Assembly (NCBI GenBank): GCA_029261575.1
Contig: JAJDBD010000059.1
Location: 16,182 to 80,181 of the forward strand
Direction of reading: 5' to 3'
DNA length: 64,000 bases
Source of the DNA: Nitrospinaceae bacterium
GTDB taxonomy: Bacteria > Nitrospinota > Nitrospinia > Nitrospinales > JACRGP01
Part shown: positions 45,002 to 54,883 of the stretch, piece by piece
Layout of the letters: every line of letters starts with the position of its first letter
Numbering within the stretch: the stretch's first letter is position 1
The notes under the pieces: model-generated
Databases searched by the model: none
What the model was told of the DNA's origin: nothing
The model's input: the letters and a program-made list of their open reading frames with translations, nothing else
Program-made: the position numbers and the translations under genes

Positions 45002-45841
45002 TTACCAATCGTTTCCCTGATATGCGGGGGACTCGAAAATTTCTTCGAGAGCTTGTTTGCGGTTGAATTTTTTTGGGGCCTCTTCCAACGAACGCAACCA
45101 TTGCTCCGCCTCTTGCTTGCTCATGGATTCTTTGGGACGCGCCTGGGCGGTTTGCGTTTCTTCCCGGCGGGACTCTTTTTTGTCCTGGGGGTTTTGCGAA
45201 GGTTGGTTTTTCGCGTTCTCTTCGTCCGGCTTTTTGTCCTGCGCCTTATCCTTGTCTTTTTTCTTTTTGTCGTCGTCGTTTTGTTTTTTATCCTTCGGGT
45301 CGGAGGAGGCCGAATCTTTTTTTTGTTCCTGCTCCTGTTCTTTTTTCTTGAGTTGGAGCCGGGCGTATTCGAGATTGAACTTGGCGTCCATGTCTGTAGG
45401 ATCGAGTTTGAGGGCCTCTTTATAGGAGGCAATGGATTCCTCAAGCTTTCCCAGCCGATACAGGGCGTTGCCGGAATTGTAAAGCGCGTTCTGTTTTAAT
45501 TTGGATTCCCCGGAGGCGGCTTGGCTGTAACCGGAAAGCGCTTCTTGAAATTTACCCTGTTTATAAAAACTGTTGCCCAGGTTGTAGTCGACGCCGGGAT
45601 TATCGGGTTGGTCCTCTTTGGCGGATTTAAAGGATTGAACGGCGGAGGAATAATTTTGCGCGTTGTAGTCTTCGATTCCCTGACGAGCAGGATTGTCAAA
45701 AAGCTGGGCGTTGCCGGAGGGCGGAATAAGCAGGGCAAAACCATTTAAGACAAAACAAAATATATATACTGGAAAAAAGCGCATAAACTTTGTGGAGGGT
45801 TGTTGGATAAAATGGATGAATGCGGCGGTTTTGGAAATCAC
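45002..45841 (-). CDS. batC: BatC-like TPR protein with K/D/E-rich tail
   Basis: 279 aa. TPRs (NLGNSFYKQGKFQEAL, NSGNALYRLGKLEESI) followed by a charged low-complexity tail. Confidence 0.6.
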   Translation of the reverse strand: MISKTAAFIHFIQQPSTKFMRFFPVYIFCFVLNGFALLIPPSGNAQLFDNPARQGIEDYNAQNYSSAVQSFKSAKEDQPDNPGVDYNLGNSFYKQGKFQEALSGYSQAASGESKLKQNALYNSGNALYRLGKLEESIASYKEALKLDPTDMDAKFNLEYARLQLKKKEQEQEQKKDSASSDPKDKKQNDDDKKKKDKDKAQDKKPDEENAKNQPSQNPQDKKESRREETQTAQARPKESMSKQEAEQWLRSLEEAPKKFNRKQALEEIFESPAYQGNDW

Positions 45842-45983
45842 GTATAGAATTTATCTATTTTACCACACTGTTTACCCGCGAATGATTTTGATAATATATT
45901 AATCTAAATGGATTTTTCCCCGCAAAAATTTTCTTTTCTACCCGGGGGGTTGGGAAGCTCGATCAATCTGGAGGCGGTATTGC

Positions 45984-47144
45984 ATGCCCGGCAGGCTTCT
46001 GAAATATTTTTTAATCTGGTTTGTATTGATTTTTGTCCTCTCCCTTACGGTTGAAAACTGGACGCGAATCAACCTGTTTATTTTTGGTCGTCCGGACCCG
46101 CAGGATTTGGCTTTCAACCAGCCGGGCAATCTTTCCGGAAACCGGCCCCTCGTCGTTTCCCGGGACGAGCAGATCAATATGGACGTGTTTGAAAAGGTCC
46201 ATGAAGCCGTTGTCAATATCGTCGCCACGACGCTCACCGTAAATTTTTGGATGCAGGTGATTCCCCAGCAGGGCCAGGGGTCGGGTTTCATCATCGACGA
46301 CAGGGGATTCATCCTGACCAATAATCACGTCGTGGCCGACGCGCAAAAAATCACCGTCACCTTCGGGAACGGAAAAAAAGTTTCGGCTTCATTGGTTGGG
46401 CGCGACCCGTCCAACGACCTGGCGGTGATCAAAGTATCCAAATCCAAAGTAGAGGCCGTCGCCCCCTTGGGAAATTCCGACGAAGTCCGCGTTGGACAAA
46501 AAGCCATCGCCATTGGCAATCCCTTTGGCTTGTCGCAAACTCTCACCACCGGCACGGTGAGCGCCTTGAACCGGGACCTTAAAGAAGAATCCGGCGCTGT
46601 TTTGACCGGTCTGATCCAAACCGACGCGGCCATCAATCCGGGAAACTCCGGCGGACCTTTGCTCAATTCCAACGGCGAAGTCATCGGCGTCAACACGGCC
46701 ATATTCAGCTTGTCCGGCGGGTATCAGGGAATCGGGTTCGCCATTCCGGTGAACCGCGCCCGGGAAGTGGCCACGCAACTCATCGCCAACGGAAGGTTTG
46801 CGCAACCCTGGTTGGGGATTTCCGGAATGGCCCTGAACCGGGAATTTGCCGACGTCCTGCAAATATCAAGCGACGAGGGAATCCTCGTTGTCGGGGTCTA
46901 TCCCGAAAGCCCGGCCCACAACGCCGGACTGCGCGGGGGCGACCGGGAAATGATTGTCGGCAATTACCGCGTGCCCGTCGGTGGAGACGTGGTCCTGAGT
47001 CTCAACGGCAAAAAAATGTTGGACATGGACGACCTGATTCGGGAGGTCAAGCGTCACCAGGTCGGCGACGCCCTCAACCTGGAAATTTTAAGAAAAAACC
47101 GCTCCGCTATTGTATCCGTCGTGCTAGAGGAAAAACCCTCCTGA
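45984..47144 (+). CDS. HtrA/DegS-like S1C serine protease with PDZ domain
   Basis: 386 aa. N-terminal TM, catalytic TNNHVV / DLAVIKV / GNSGGPL, and a C-terminal PDZ. Confidence 0.85.
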   Translation: MPGRLLKYFLIWFVLIFVLSLTVENWTRINLFIFGRPDPQDLAFNQPGNLSGNRPLVVSRDEQINMDVFEKVHEAVVNIVATTLTVNFWMQVIPQQGQGSGFIIDDRGFILTNNHVVADAQKITVTFGNGKKVSASLVGRDPSNDLAVIKVSKSKVEAVAPLGNSDEVRVGQKAIAIGNPFGLSQTLTTGTVSALNRDLKEESGAVLTGLIQTDAAINPGNSGGPLLNSNGEVIGVNTAIFSLSGGYQGIGFAIPVNRAREVATQLIANGRFAQPWLGISGMALNREFADVLQISSDEGILVVGVYPESPAHNAGLRGGDREMIVGNYRVPVGGDVVLSLNGKKMLDMDDLIREVKRHQVGDALNLEILRKNRSAIVSVVLEEKPS

Positions 47145-47231
47145 TCGTCCCGCAGGGCTACCGAAAAACCGGAAAACCGGGGAACAAGGTTTTTCCTGCA
47201 ACGAAAAACCCTTTTCCCCGAGAAAACTTTT

Positions 47232-47933
47232 TTACCGCCGGTCTCCCATAAGCCTCAACATCATCAGGAACAAATTGATGAAATCCAGATACAAGGTCAG
47301 CGCGCCGGAGATGGCTTCTTTATGGTCCTCGTCGGTGCCTTCATTGCCCAGGATATTCATTTCCTTGATTTTTTGCGTGTCGTAAGCGGTGAGGCCGACA
47401 AAGATCAATACTCCGGCATAGGTGATGATCCAGTGCATCGCCGAGCTTTGCAGGAACATATTGACCACGGAGGCCAGGATGATACCGATCAGTCCCATGA
47501 ACAGGAAACTTCCCCAGGAGGTCAGGTCCTTTTTGGTCGTGTAGCCGTAAAGGCTCATCGCCCCAAAGGTGCCTGCCGTGACCAGAAAAGCGCTGGTGAT
47601 GGACGACGCCGTGTACACCAGAAAAATGAACGACAGCGTCAGGCCGTTTAGTCCCGAATAGAGGATGAAAACGCCGGTCGCCTGACTGGCGGTCATTTTT
47701 TCGATCCAACCGGCAAGATAAAACACCAGTCCCAATTCCACAATGATCAATCCGAAAAACAGGATTTGATTTCCAAAAATCAGGTTGGTCATGGTTTCGC
47801 TGTTGGCAACCCAAAAGGCCATGAAGCCGGTGGTGGCGAGTCCAATGCCCATCCAGTTATAAACTTTTACCATGAACCGCTGCTGCTCGGCGGCGATGGT
47901 TTCAGCGCTACTAGCGTACATAGGGTTTTGCAT
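47232..47933 (-). CDS. Bax-inhibitor-1/YccA-family membrane protein
   Basis: 233 aa, seven TM. C-terminal ALTLYLDFINLFLMMLRL. Confidence 0.8.
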   Translation of the reverse strand: MQNPMYASSAETIAAEQQRFMVKVYNWMGIGLATTGFMAFWVANSETMTNLIFGNQILFFGLIIVELGLVFYLAGWIEKMTASQATGVFILYSGLNGLTLSFIFLVYTASSITSAFLVTAGTFGAMSLYGYTTKKDLTSWGSFLFMGLIGIILASVVNMFLQSSAMHWIITYAGVLIFVGLTAYDTQKIKEMNILGNEGTDEDHKEAISGALTLYLDFINLFLMMLRLMGDRR

Positions 47934-48012
47934 CGTTAAATCCTTCTAAATTATCGGTTAATTTTTGTTGTCCTTGTTCAAATAAAATCCAAATATTGTC
48001 TTGTCAAGAAGA

Positions 48013-49215
48013 TCATTTTCTTCGTGATTCCATCATTAAATAAAGCCGAATCAATCGGTTGGGGAAAACCCATTCCCCTTTTTGGTCGCCGGACTTCAAT
48101 GCCTGAAGTTTTTTCATTCGTTGAAGAAAATTTGAAAATTTCTTTTTTTCCGTTACGGTAAGTTTTTTTTCAACTTCGGTTTTTGAAAAGCTCAATTCAA
48201 GGCCCAATGTACCCAATTTTTTCAATATAGAGTGATAATCCGAGCTACGCAAGGCCCTTTGAATGGGTTGGAAATATTTTTTCCCAACGGCGTCGGCGGC
48301 GTCAAACGCTCCATCAAACGAATCGTCATCGTCAATAAGGTCGTCTTTATCGCACCAAAATGTGGCTTCTCCCAATTCATGCATCAGGGTTGGAAGACCT
48401 CCGGAATATTTGTTTAATATTTTCAAAGCGCTTTCTTCAATTCTTATATTTACGCTTGCAAATGCGTCGTTAAAAAAAGAATCGACCTCCAGAGCGCTCA
48501 AGGGTTTGATTTCGGCAATATTAAAGATGCGCTCAACGGAGCGTTGGTGCTGAAGAATTTCTTCGCGTCTTTCGGGAACTCCAGTCAGGATAAGCAATAG
48601 GGGGAGGGGAAGCCCGCTGGTGGCGATTTCGTCCACCATGCTTTTTAATAAAGCGGCAAATTCCGGAGTCCTGGTGATTCCGTTTAGATCGTCCAGAATT
48701 AAGGTCAAGCCTTGGTATTCATCTTTTAATGAATCATAAATTTGGCGCAAGAACGGCAAAAAACCATGGGCCAGCGCAGGCGCGTCCTTTTTGATCGTCC
48801 CAAGGTTAAGTTTAACGCCAAACAAGGTTACTTCCTGAACATACTTTTCTAAAATGCTTTTTACTTTGTCAAAGTTTTTATTGCTATGGGTTTGATGGAT
48901 GATATTAGAAATCACCTGTTCCATCATTTTTTCAATGGTGGTTGCCCCACCAAGATAAACATGAAATCCGGCCAGCTTGTATTCTTCTTCCGCGGCGAAA
49001 CGTATAAAAGCCCCAAGTGAGCTTTTACCCATCCCATATTCCCCGGTTAAAAATATATTTTCCTGTTTTCCCATGGCAACCTGACTGGCGGCCCTAAGAA
49101 TTTGGTCGATTTCGGTTTTTCTACCGACAAACAATTCTCTTGGAACCGGTTTGCCCGGGCTGAACGGGCTTCGAGCTTTGTTGGGTTGCGAGTAATATTG
49201 ATTAAGACCTTTCAT
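48013..49215 (-). CDS. AAA/ORC-like P-loop ATPase with putative C-terminal winged helix (stand-alone)
   Basis: 400 aa. ELFVGRKTEIDQI...FLTGEYGMGKSS (Walker A) and LTLILDDL (Walker B). Visibly AT-richer than its neighbours. Confidence 0.65.
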   Translation of the reverse strand: MKGLNQYYSQPNKARSPFSPGKPVPRELFVGRKTEIDQILRAASQVAMGKQENIFLTGEYGMGKSSLGAFIRFAAEEEYKLAGFHVYLGGATTIEKMMEQVISNIIHQTHSNKNFDKVKSILEKYVQEVTLFGVKLNLGTIKKDAPALAHGFLPFLRQIYDSLKDEYQGLTLILDDLNGITRTPEFAALLKSMVDEIATSGLPLPLLLILTGVPERREEILQHQRSVERIFNIAEIKPLSALEVDSFFNDAFASVNIRIEESALKILNKYSGGLPTLMHELGEATFWCDKDDLIDDDDSFDGAFDAADAVGKKYFQPIQRALRSSDYHSILKKLGTLGLELSFSKTEVEKKLTVTEKKKFSNFLQRMKKLQALKSGDQKGEWVFPNRLIRLYLMMESRRK

Positions 49216-49344
49216 TTAGGAGCCATATATTTAAAAAACTACATTAATAAAGCTGATTTCGTCCATTTACATACTAGGGACTTTCTCTTGTCTCTTCAAG
49301 GTGATAAAAACCGCATTGGAAATTTAAGTTTCCATGTCCGTTTA

Positions 49345-50328
49345 TCAAGTCTCGCGGTAAAACCATTCCCAGCACAGGCAGATCAGCGCCAGGGCCAACA
49401 TCCATTGAAAACGCTCGCTCCACAGCTTGCGGCGAGTGGATTGATGTTCCTTTTGTTTCAGCGTTTGCTTGATGTTTTCCAAGTAGATTTTTTTCAAATC
49501 CATATCCCCGGTGACCGACCGGACATAGGCTCCGCCGGTCAGCAAGGCGATTTCCTGCAAGGTTTTTTCGTCCAGTTTGGAAATCGCAACTTCCCCGCGT
49601 GGGTCTTTTTTGAAGCCGCCTTCCGGATCGGGAATGGGAACTCCCGTCTCCTGGCCGATTCCAATGGCGAAAATTTTGACGCCTTCGTCCTTGGCCAATT
49701 GGGCCGCCTCCAGCGCCTCGCCCGTCTGGTCCTCGCCATCCGTAATCAGGATGATCGCTTTGGATTCCTTTTCCTGCGTGGTGAAGGCCTTGATCGAAGT
49801 TTGCAGCGCGCGGCCAATGGCGGTTCCCTGGACGGGTATCAAGTCCGTGTCGATGGCTCCCAGGAAAATTTCCGCCGCCGAATAATCCTGCGTCAACGGA
49901 CACTGTACAAAACTCGTTCCGGCAAAGGCGACCAACCCGATCCGGTCGCCTTCTAACAGCTTCAATAAATCCGCGACCTTGCGTTTGGCGCGCGTCAGGC
50001 GGTCGGGTTTGACGTCCTGAGCCAGCATGCTGGTGGAAACGTCCAGAGCGACGATAATATCCACTCCGCGTTGATGCAAGTCCTCCCATTGGTATCCCCA
50101 GCGCGGTTGGGCGAGGGATAAAAGGAGAAAGACCAAGGCGATCGCCATCAACGCCGATTTGAATTTATGTCGGGCGAAGATATCCCCAGGCGCCAGTTTG
50201 GTCAGTAAGGCTTGCGAACAAAACCGGTTTATCAGGGCGCGCTTTTTTTTCGCGCCCCAGGCGATAAAAAATATCAACGGCAGGATCAGCCATAAAAAGT
50301 GCAAAAGTTGGGGGTGGCCAAAACGCAT
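49345..50328 (-). CDS. batB: VWA-domain protein (BatB-like)
   Basis: 327 aa. N-terminal TMs, MIDAS VALDVSTSM, and a C-terminal TM. Confidence 0.75.
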   Translation of the reverse strand: MRFGHPQLLHFLWLILPLIFFIAWGAKKKRALINRFCSQALLTKLAPGDIFARHKFKSALMAIALVFLLLSLAQPRWGYQWEDLHQRGVDIIVALDVSTSMLAQDVKPDRLTRAKRKVADLLKLLEGDRIGLVAFAGTSFVQCPLTQDYSAAEIFLGAIDTDLIPVQGTAIGRALQTSIKAFTTQEKESKAIILITDGEDQTGEALEAAQLAKDEGVKIFAIGIGQETGVPIPDPEGGFKKDPRGEVAISKLDEKTLQEIALLTGGAYVRSVTGDMDLKKIYLENIKQTLKQKEHQSTRRKLWSERFQWMLALALICLCWEWFYRET

Positions 50329-50330
50329 GA

Positions 50331-51329
50331 TCAGGGAAACCTCCTCAGCCGCGTATTGGTCAAAAGGATTTCCAAAAATACAAAGCCCAGGCAGGGATAG
50401 ACAAACCAGGGAAAAAGTTCCGTGTATTGGGAGTGATCCTTGACCTTGACCTCGGACTTTTCCAGGCGGTCGATTTGCCCGTAAATATCCTTGAGAGTTT
50501 CCCGGTCCGTGGCGCGAAAGTATTTGGCGCCCGTGGTCTCGGCGATGGCTTTTAATGTGTCTTCATCAAGATCGACATTTTGATAGACGTAGCGTTTTCC
50601 AAAAACGGAATCGATGAGAAACGGCGCCTTGCCCTGGGTTCCCACGCCGATGGTGTAAACCTTGACGCCGAGGGATTTGGCTATTTCAGCCGCCTTCAGG
50701 GGCGAAATGTTTCCCGCATTGTTGCGGCCGTCGGTCAGCAATATCGCCACCTTCGATTTGGATTTCAAGTCTTTCAAACGTTTGACGGCGATTCCTATGG
50801 CGGATCCTATGGCGGTTTGGTCGCCGGCCATTCCAATTTTCAACTTGTCCAGAAAAGATAAAAAAATATCGTGATCCAGAGTGAGCGGGCATTGGGTGAA
50901 CGCTTCGCTGCCAAAAGCGACCATGCCCAGACGGTCGCTTCCTCTTTGACTCACGAAGTCCCGGACCACGTCCTTGACGACTTCCAGGCGACTGACGCGG
51001 TTTTCGTCCTTAAAAAAATCCAGGGCGCGCATGCTCCCCGAAGCGTCCAGCGCCAAAACGATATCCACGCCGGTAGACAAGATTTCTGTCCGCTTTCGAC
51101 CTTCCTGGGGGCGCGCTAATGCCAGAACCAGAAAAACCAGAGCCAACACCCGGAGAATTTGCGGAAGCCTGGCGAACCAGCTCGCCCCCGAAGCCTGCGC
51201 GGTTTTCAGAGGTTGAATGCTGGAATAATGAATCGCTCCGGGAGTCATCCTCCTTTTCAGATAAATCAAAAGGGGAAGAATGGGAAGCAAAAGTAGAACC
51301 AGCGGATCCTGGAATTGAAAAAAACTCAT
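50331..51329 (-). CDS. batA: VWA-domain protein (BatA-like)
   Basis: 332 aa. N-terminal TMs, MIDAS LALDASGSM, and a C-terminal TM. Confidence 0.75.
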   Translation of the reverse strand: MSFFQFQDPLVLLLLPILPLLIYLKRRMTPGAIHYSSIQPLKTAQASGASWFARLPQILRVLALVFLVLALARPQEGRKRTEILSTGVDIVLALDASGSMRALDFFKDENRVSRLEVVKDVVRDFVSQRGSDRLGMVAFGSEAFTQCPLTLDHDIFLSFLDKLKIGMAGDQTAIGSAIGIAVKRLKDLKSKSKVAILLTDGRNNAGNISPLKAAEIAKSLGVKVYTIGVGTQGKAPFLIDSVFGKRYVYQNVDLDEDTLKAIAETTGAKYFRATDRETLKDIYGQIDRLEKSEVKVKDHSQYTELFPWFVYPCLGFVFLEILLTNTRLRRFP

Positions 51330-52348
51330 GGGCCTAATGCCGAGGGGGTGAATTCCCTGGGTTCTTCGGGAATGAATTTAGTCGTTTGAACAAACCGCAC
51401 AATTGAATCCATGATTTCTGCGGACAGGCGGTCGTCGATGGCCGCCTTGGCAAATTTTACCCGGTCGGCTTTACCGAGAATGGCGACGAGGGCGTCTTTC
51501 AGGGAGTCGCTCAAACCCTCCAGCCGGTCGAGGTTGCCGGCGATTTCCTCTGTGGTCCAGTCCATTGCCGGGACGCCGAACCGGGCGCCAAGATAACGGC
51601 GAAAAATTTCTGAAAGCTGGAAATAATGTTCCTGTACGGCGCCCCTTTCCAAAAGCTGTTTTTTGCGCAGAATTTCCAGTTCGCGCAAAGCTACTTCATG
51701 AGGCAAAAGCGGGCGCGCGTGATTTGAATTCCCGGAGGACCCTCTTTTTCTTTGAATGAACAAGGCCGCCGCCAGCGCTAACAAGGCCAAAAGCGGACCC
51801 AATAAATGCCACGGCCATTTTTGCGGAATGTCGACCACAGTTTTTATGTCGCGAATATCTTTCGGCTCTCCTTGTAAATTCAGCACGGATTTTACTTCAA
51901 ATTTAATGGAAGGAACTTTGATGTTGCCTTCGATTTTTTGATCTGGATGGTTTGCGTCCGGTACCTTAAACAAAATTGAAAGATTCGGAGTTTGGTATGT
52001 CCCTACCTGGTCGGCTCGCCATCGGTAAGAAAACTCCCTTTCGATTTTGCCCTCTACCTGCCGAGGAGACGTCTCGCTTTTATCCACAAATTCCAGACCC
52101 TCCAAAATTCCGCTGTAGTTTGGCGGCGAGACTTGCATGTCCGGATCGTGCAAAACCTTTATAGCGAACGCGATCAAATCTCCGACGGTGGCGGACTGCG
52201 GGTCCACAATGGCTTCCACCTGGATGGGCGAAGCAAGGGCGGCTTCAGCCGGGGCTGGGGTTGGCGCGGCTCCGGCGTGTTGGCCTGCGGAAATTAAAAA
52301 AACCAGAGCGGCGCAAAATGTAAATTTCAATCGAGCGAGCGGCGTCAT
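51326..52348 (-). CDS. Bat-cluster membrane protein (BatD-N-like ectodomain + DUF4381-like TM/C-terminal region)
   Basis: 340 aa. Signal peptide and a central TM (WPWHLLGPLLALLALAAALFI). 4-nt overlaps with both neighbours. Confidence 0.5.
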   Translation of the reverse strand: MTPLARLKFTFCAALVFLISAGQHAGAAPTPAPAEAALASPIQVEAIVDPQSATVGDLIAFAIKVLHDPDMQVSPPNYSGILEGLEFVDKSETSPRQVEGKIEREFSYRWRADQVGTYQTPNLSILFKVPDANHPDQKIEGNIKVPSIKFEVKSVLNLQGEPKDIRDIKTVVDIPQKWPWHLLGPLLALLALAAALFIQRKRGSSGNSNHARPLLPHEVALRELEILRKKQLLERGAVQEHYFQLSEIFRRYLGARFGVPAMDWTTEEIAGNLDRLEGLSDSLKDALVAILGKADRVKFAKAAIDDRLSAEIMDSIVRFVQTTKFIPEEPREFTPSALGP

Positions 52349-52791
52349 TCAATCAGGGATTGATCGATTTGTTGGCGGCAAGTTTGTTTGTGAGTCTGGA
52401 AAGCGGAATCGTCTTTAATTTTTTCGTCGGCAAGCTCCGCCTTGAACAGCCAGACCATAGCTTCCCGGCAATCATGCAAATCAATATTCAGTTCGGCCAG
52501 TTTAATGTAAAGCGGAACGCTTTGGCTGGCGGGTAACAGGGCGGACTGCAAATAAGTTTCGTATTGTTTGATCGCTTTGTCTTTCAGTCCCGCCTGTTCC
52601 AGTTTTTCCGCAAGGGGCAACAGTCGCTCCTTATCCGCCGGAGCCTGGGCGCCGTCCGATGAAACTTTTAGAATCAATTTCCCCGCAAGCGCGCCCAGCC
52701 CGCCCAGTAAGGCCAGGGTCAGCAGGGCCACGATAACTTTTATAATAATACCGCTTCGGTCCTTTGGCGGTTCTGGATGGGAAGTTTTCAT
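52345..52791 (-). CDS. membrane-anchored hypothetical protein of the Bat cluster
   Basis: 148 aa. One TM (IIIKVIVALLTLALLGGLGALAG) and a helical C-terminal part. Tight operon spacing. Confidence 0.5.
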   Translation of the reverse strand: MKTSHPEPPKDRSGIIIKVIVALLTLALLGGLGALAGKLILKVSSDGAQAPADKERLLPLAEKLEQAGLKDKAIKQYETYLQSALLPASQSVPLYIKLAELNIDLHDCREAMVWLFKAELADEKIKDDSAFQTHKQTCRQQIDQSLIE

Positions 52792-52792
52792 G

Positions 52793-53740
52793 TTAACGGC
52801 GTTTCTCCCGCATTTTGAAATATTTTAATATGGGGTTGATCATGGGTTGATGCGTGTAGATTTCCACGGTATCCATGCCGATGGATTTTAAAAATTTGGT
52901 TTTGGCTTGATGTTCCGCGCGTCGGCCTTCGTGAAAACGCTCCACGGTCTCAGTGTTCAAGGCGTCCACCATGATGGTCTCTCCGGTTTCCGCGTCCTGA
53001 AAGTTTATCAAACCAATCTGCGGAAGTTCAAATTCCCTGGGGTCGAGAATGAAAAACGCAATCACGTCGTGTTTTTGTTTTGCCAGTTTAAAACTGGTTT
53101 CGTAATCCCGCCCTTGAAAATCGGAAATGAAAAAAGCCGCGCATTTTCTTTTCTGAACTTTTAGCAGATACTCCAACGGCAGGGACAAATTGGTTTCGCG
53201 TCCCTCGGGATTGAAATTTAAAATGGTGCGAATGATGTTCCAGACGTGCGCCTTGCCTTTTTTGGGCGGAACGTAATGCTCGATTTTATCGGAAAAAACG
53301 ATCAGCCCGATTTTGTCGTTGTTCTTCACGGCCAAAAAGGCCAGTACGGAAGCCGCCTCGGCGGCGACCTCGTTTTTCATCCGCTCCACCGAACCGAATT
53401 CGCCGGAAGAACTGACGTCCACCATCAGCATGACGGTCAACTCCCGCTCCTCGCGAAATTCCTTGATGAAAGGCGCGTTCATTCGGGCGGTGACGTTCCA
53501 GTCGATCAGGCGCACGTCGTCGCCCGGTTGATATTCCCTCACCTCGCTGAACTCCATGCCCCGTCCCTTGAAGGCGGAAACATATTCCCCCGCCATCAGG
53601 TCGTTGGCCAGAAAGTTAGCGCGCACCTGAACGGCCCGAATCCGGCGCATCAATTCGGGAGAAATTTTATTTTCCTCGGGCGGAGGCGGGGGAGGCGGCA
53701 CCCGAATGCGGTCCCAAATTTTAGTAAACAAATTTTGCAT
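52793..53740 (-). CDS. DUF58-domain protein
   Basis: 315 aa. FSEVREYQPGDDVRLIDWNVTAR hallmark, downstream of MoxR. Confidence 0.85.
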   Translation of the reverse strand: MQNLFTKIWDRIRVPPPPPPPEENKISPELMRRIRAVQVRANFLANDLMAGEYVSAFKGRGMEFSEVREYQPGDDVRLIDWNVTARMNAPFIKEFREERELTVMLMVDVSSSGEFGSVERMKNEVAAEAASVLAFLAVKNNDKIGLIVFSDKIEHYVPPKKGKAHVWNIIRTILNFNPEGRETNLSLPLEYLLKVQKRKCAAFFISDFQGRDYETSFKLAKQKHDVIAFFILDPREFELPQIGLINFQDAETGETIMVDALNTETVERFHEGRRAEHQAKTKFLKSIGMDTVEIYTHQPMINPILKYFKMREKRR

Positions 53741-53758
53741 GCGCGGGTCAGGCTCGGG

Positions 53759-54796
53759 TCAGGGGACTTCGACGGCGTCGAAAATTTGTTTGAGAACGGC
53801 GTCCGAATCGAGGTCTTCCGCTTCCGCTTCGTAAGACAACAAGACGCGGTGGCGTAAAATGTCGAGACCCAGACTTTTGACGTCGTGAGGAACGACATAC
53901 CCGCGTCCGTTCATGAACGCCAGCGCCTTGGAGGCCCGGAATAAAAATATGGAGGCCCTGGGCGAGGCGCCAAACTGGATCAGGTTGGCCAAAGAGTGCA
54001 GTTTGTGCGCTTTGGGGTCGCGGGTGGCGCTCACAATATTGACGATATAATCCTGCAGATTTTCGTCGATATAAATGGAGTCGATGACTTTCCGCGTTTT
54101 TAAAATATCCTCCGGCTGAACGACGGTTGCCGTTTGAATCGCTTGATCGCCCGCCCGTCGCATGATCTGTTTTTCTTCCTCCTTGGACGGGTAGGTGATC
54201 TTGAGTTTGAACATGAAGCGATCAACCTGCGCCTCCGGCAGAGGATAGGTGCCCTCCTGCTCAATCGGATTTTGCGTGGCCAAAACCATGAAGGGCGGGG
54301 CGAGGTCGAACGTTTGCCCGCCCAGAGTGATCTGCCTTTCCTGCATGGCTTCCAGCAGGGCGCTTTGAACCTTGGCCGGCGCACGGTTGATCTCGTCCGC
54401 CAAAATGATGTTGGCGAACAGCGGCCCTTTTTTAATGCTGAAATCTCCGGTTTTGGGATTGTATATCTGCGTCCCCAAAAGGTCCGCAGGCAGGAGATCC
54501 GGGGTGAATTGCACGCGGCTGGACCTGGCGTTGATGGTTTGGGCCAGGGCTTTCACGGCGGTGGTCTTCGCCAGTCCCGGAACGCCTTCCAGCAGGATGT
54601 GCTCGCCGGTCAGCAGGCCCAGTATCATGCGCTCGATCAGATATTCCTGGCCGACGATGACGCGCGAGATTTCCTCGCGGATTTTTTCGATAAAGCCCGC
54701 ATGCTGGCGGACGTGTTGGGTGATCTCTTCTATGCTTTGCGACATGGCAGTCATTTCAATTGAAGGAGCGTTCAGGTGGATTGAGTTAAAAACCAA
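53759..54796 (-). CDS. moxR: MoxR-family AAA+ ATPase
   Basis: 345 aa. ILLEGVPGLAKT Walker A and ILADEINRA Walker B. The true start is probably an internal Met (MTAMSQS, ~54754/54745). Confidence 0.9.
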   Translation of the reverse strand: MVFNSIHLNAPSIEMTAMSQSIEEITQHVRQHAGFIEKIREEISRVIVGQEYLIERMILGLLTGEHILLEGVPGLAKTTAVKALAQTINARSSRVQFTPDLLPADLLGTQIYNPKTGDFSIKKGPLFANIILADEINRAPAKVQSALLEAMQERQITLGGQTFDLAPPFMVLATQNPIEQEGTYPLPEAQVDRFMFKLKITYPSKEEEKQIMRRAGDQAIQTATVVQPEDILKTRKVIDSIYIDENLQDYIVNIVSATRDPKAHKLHSLANLIQFGASPRASIFLFRASKALAFMNGRGYVVPHDVKSLGLDILRHRVLLSYEAEAEDLDSDAVLKQIFDAVEVP

Positions 54797-54883
54797 AGAT
54801 ACAAATTTATAAAAAATTTATAAAAATTACATTAAAAAAATATTAGCGCGGATATCCCTTTCTTATCCCGAATTAAAAGAATG

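Noticed and set aside
45053-45499. Several 90-150-aa ORFs on both strands in the batC tail region
   Set aside because: They arise from the K/D/E low-complexity coding repeat of batC, whose poly-purine/pyrimidine tracts are open in many frames.
49102-50089. 284-aa (+) and 271-aa (-) ORFs overlapping batB
   Set aside because: These are alternative frames of the VWA gene, which has a MIDAS motif in the 49345..50328 frame. Their translations are Arg/Gly/Pro-rich junk.
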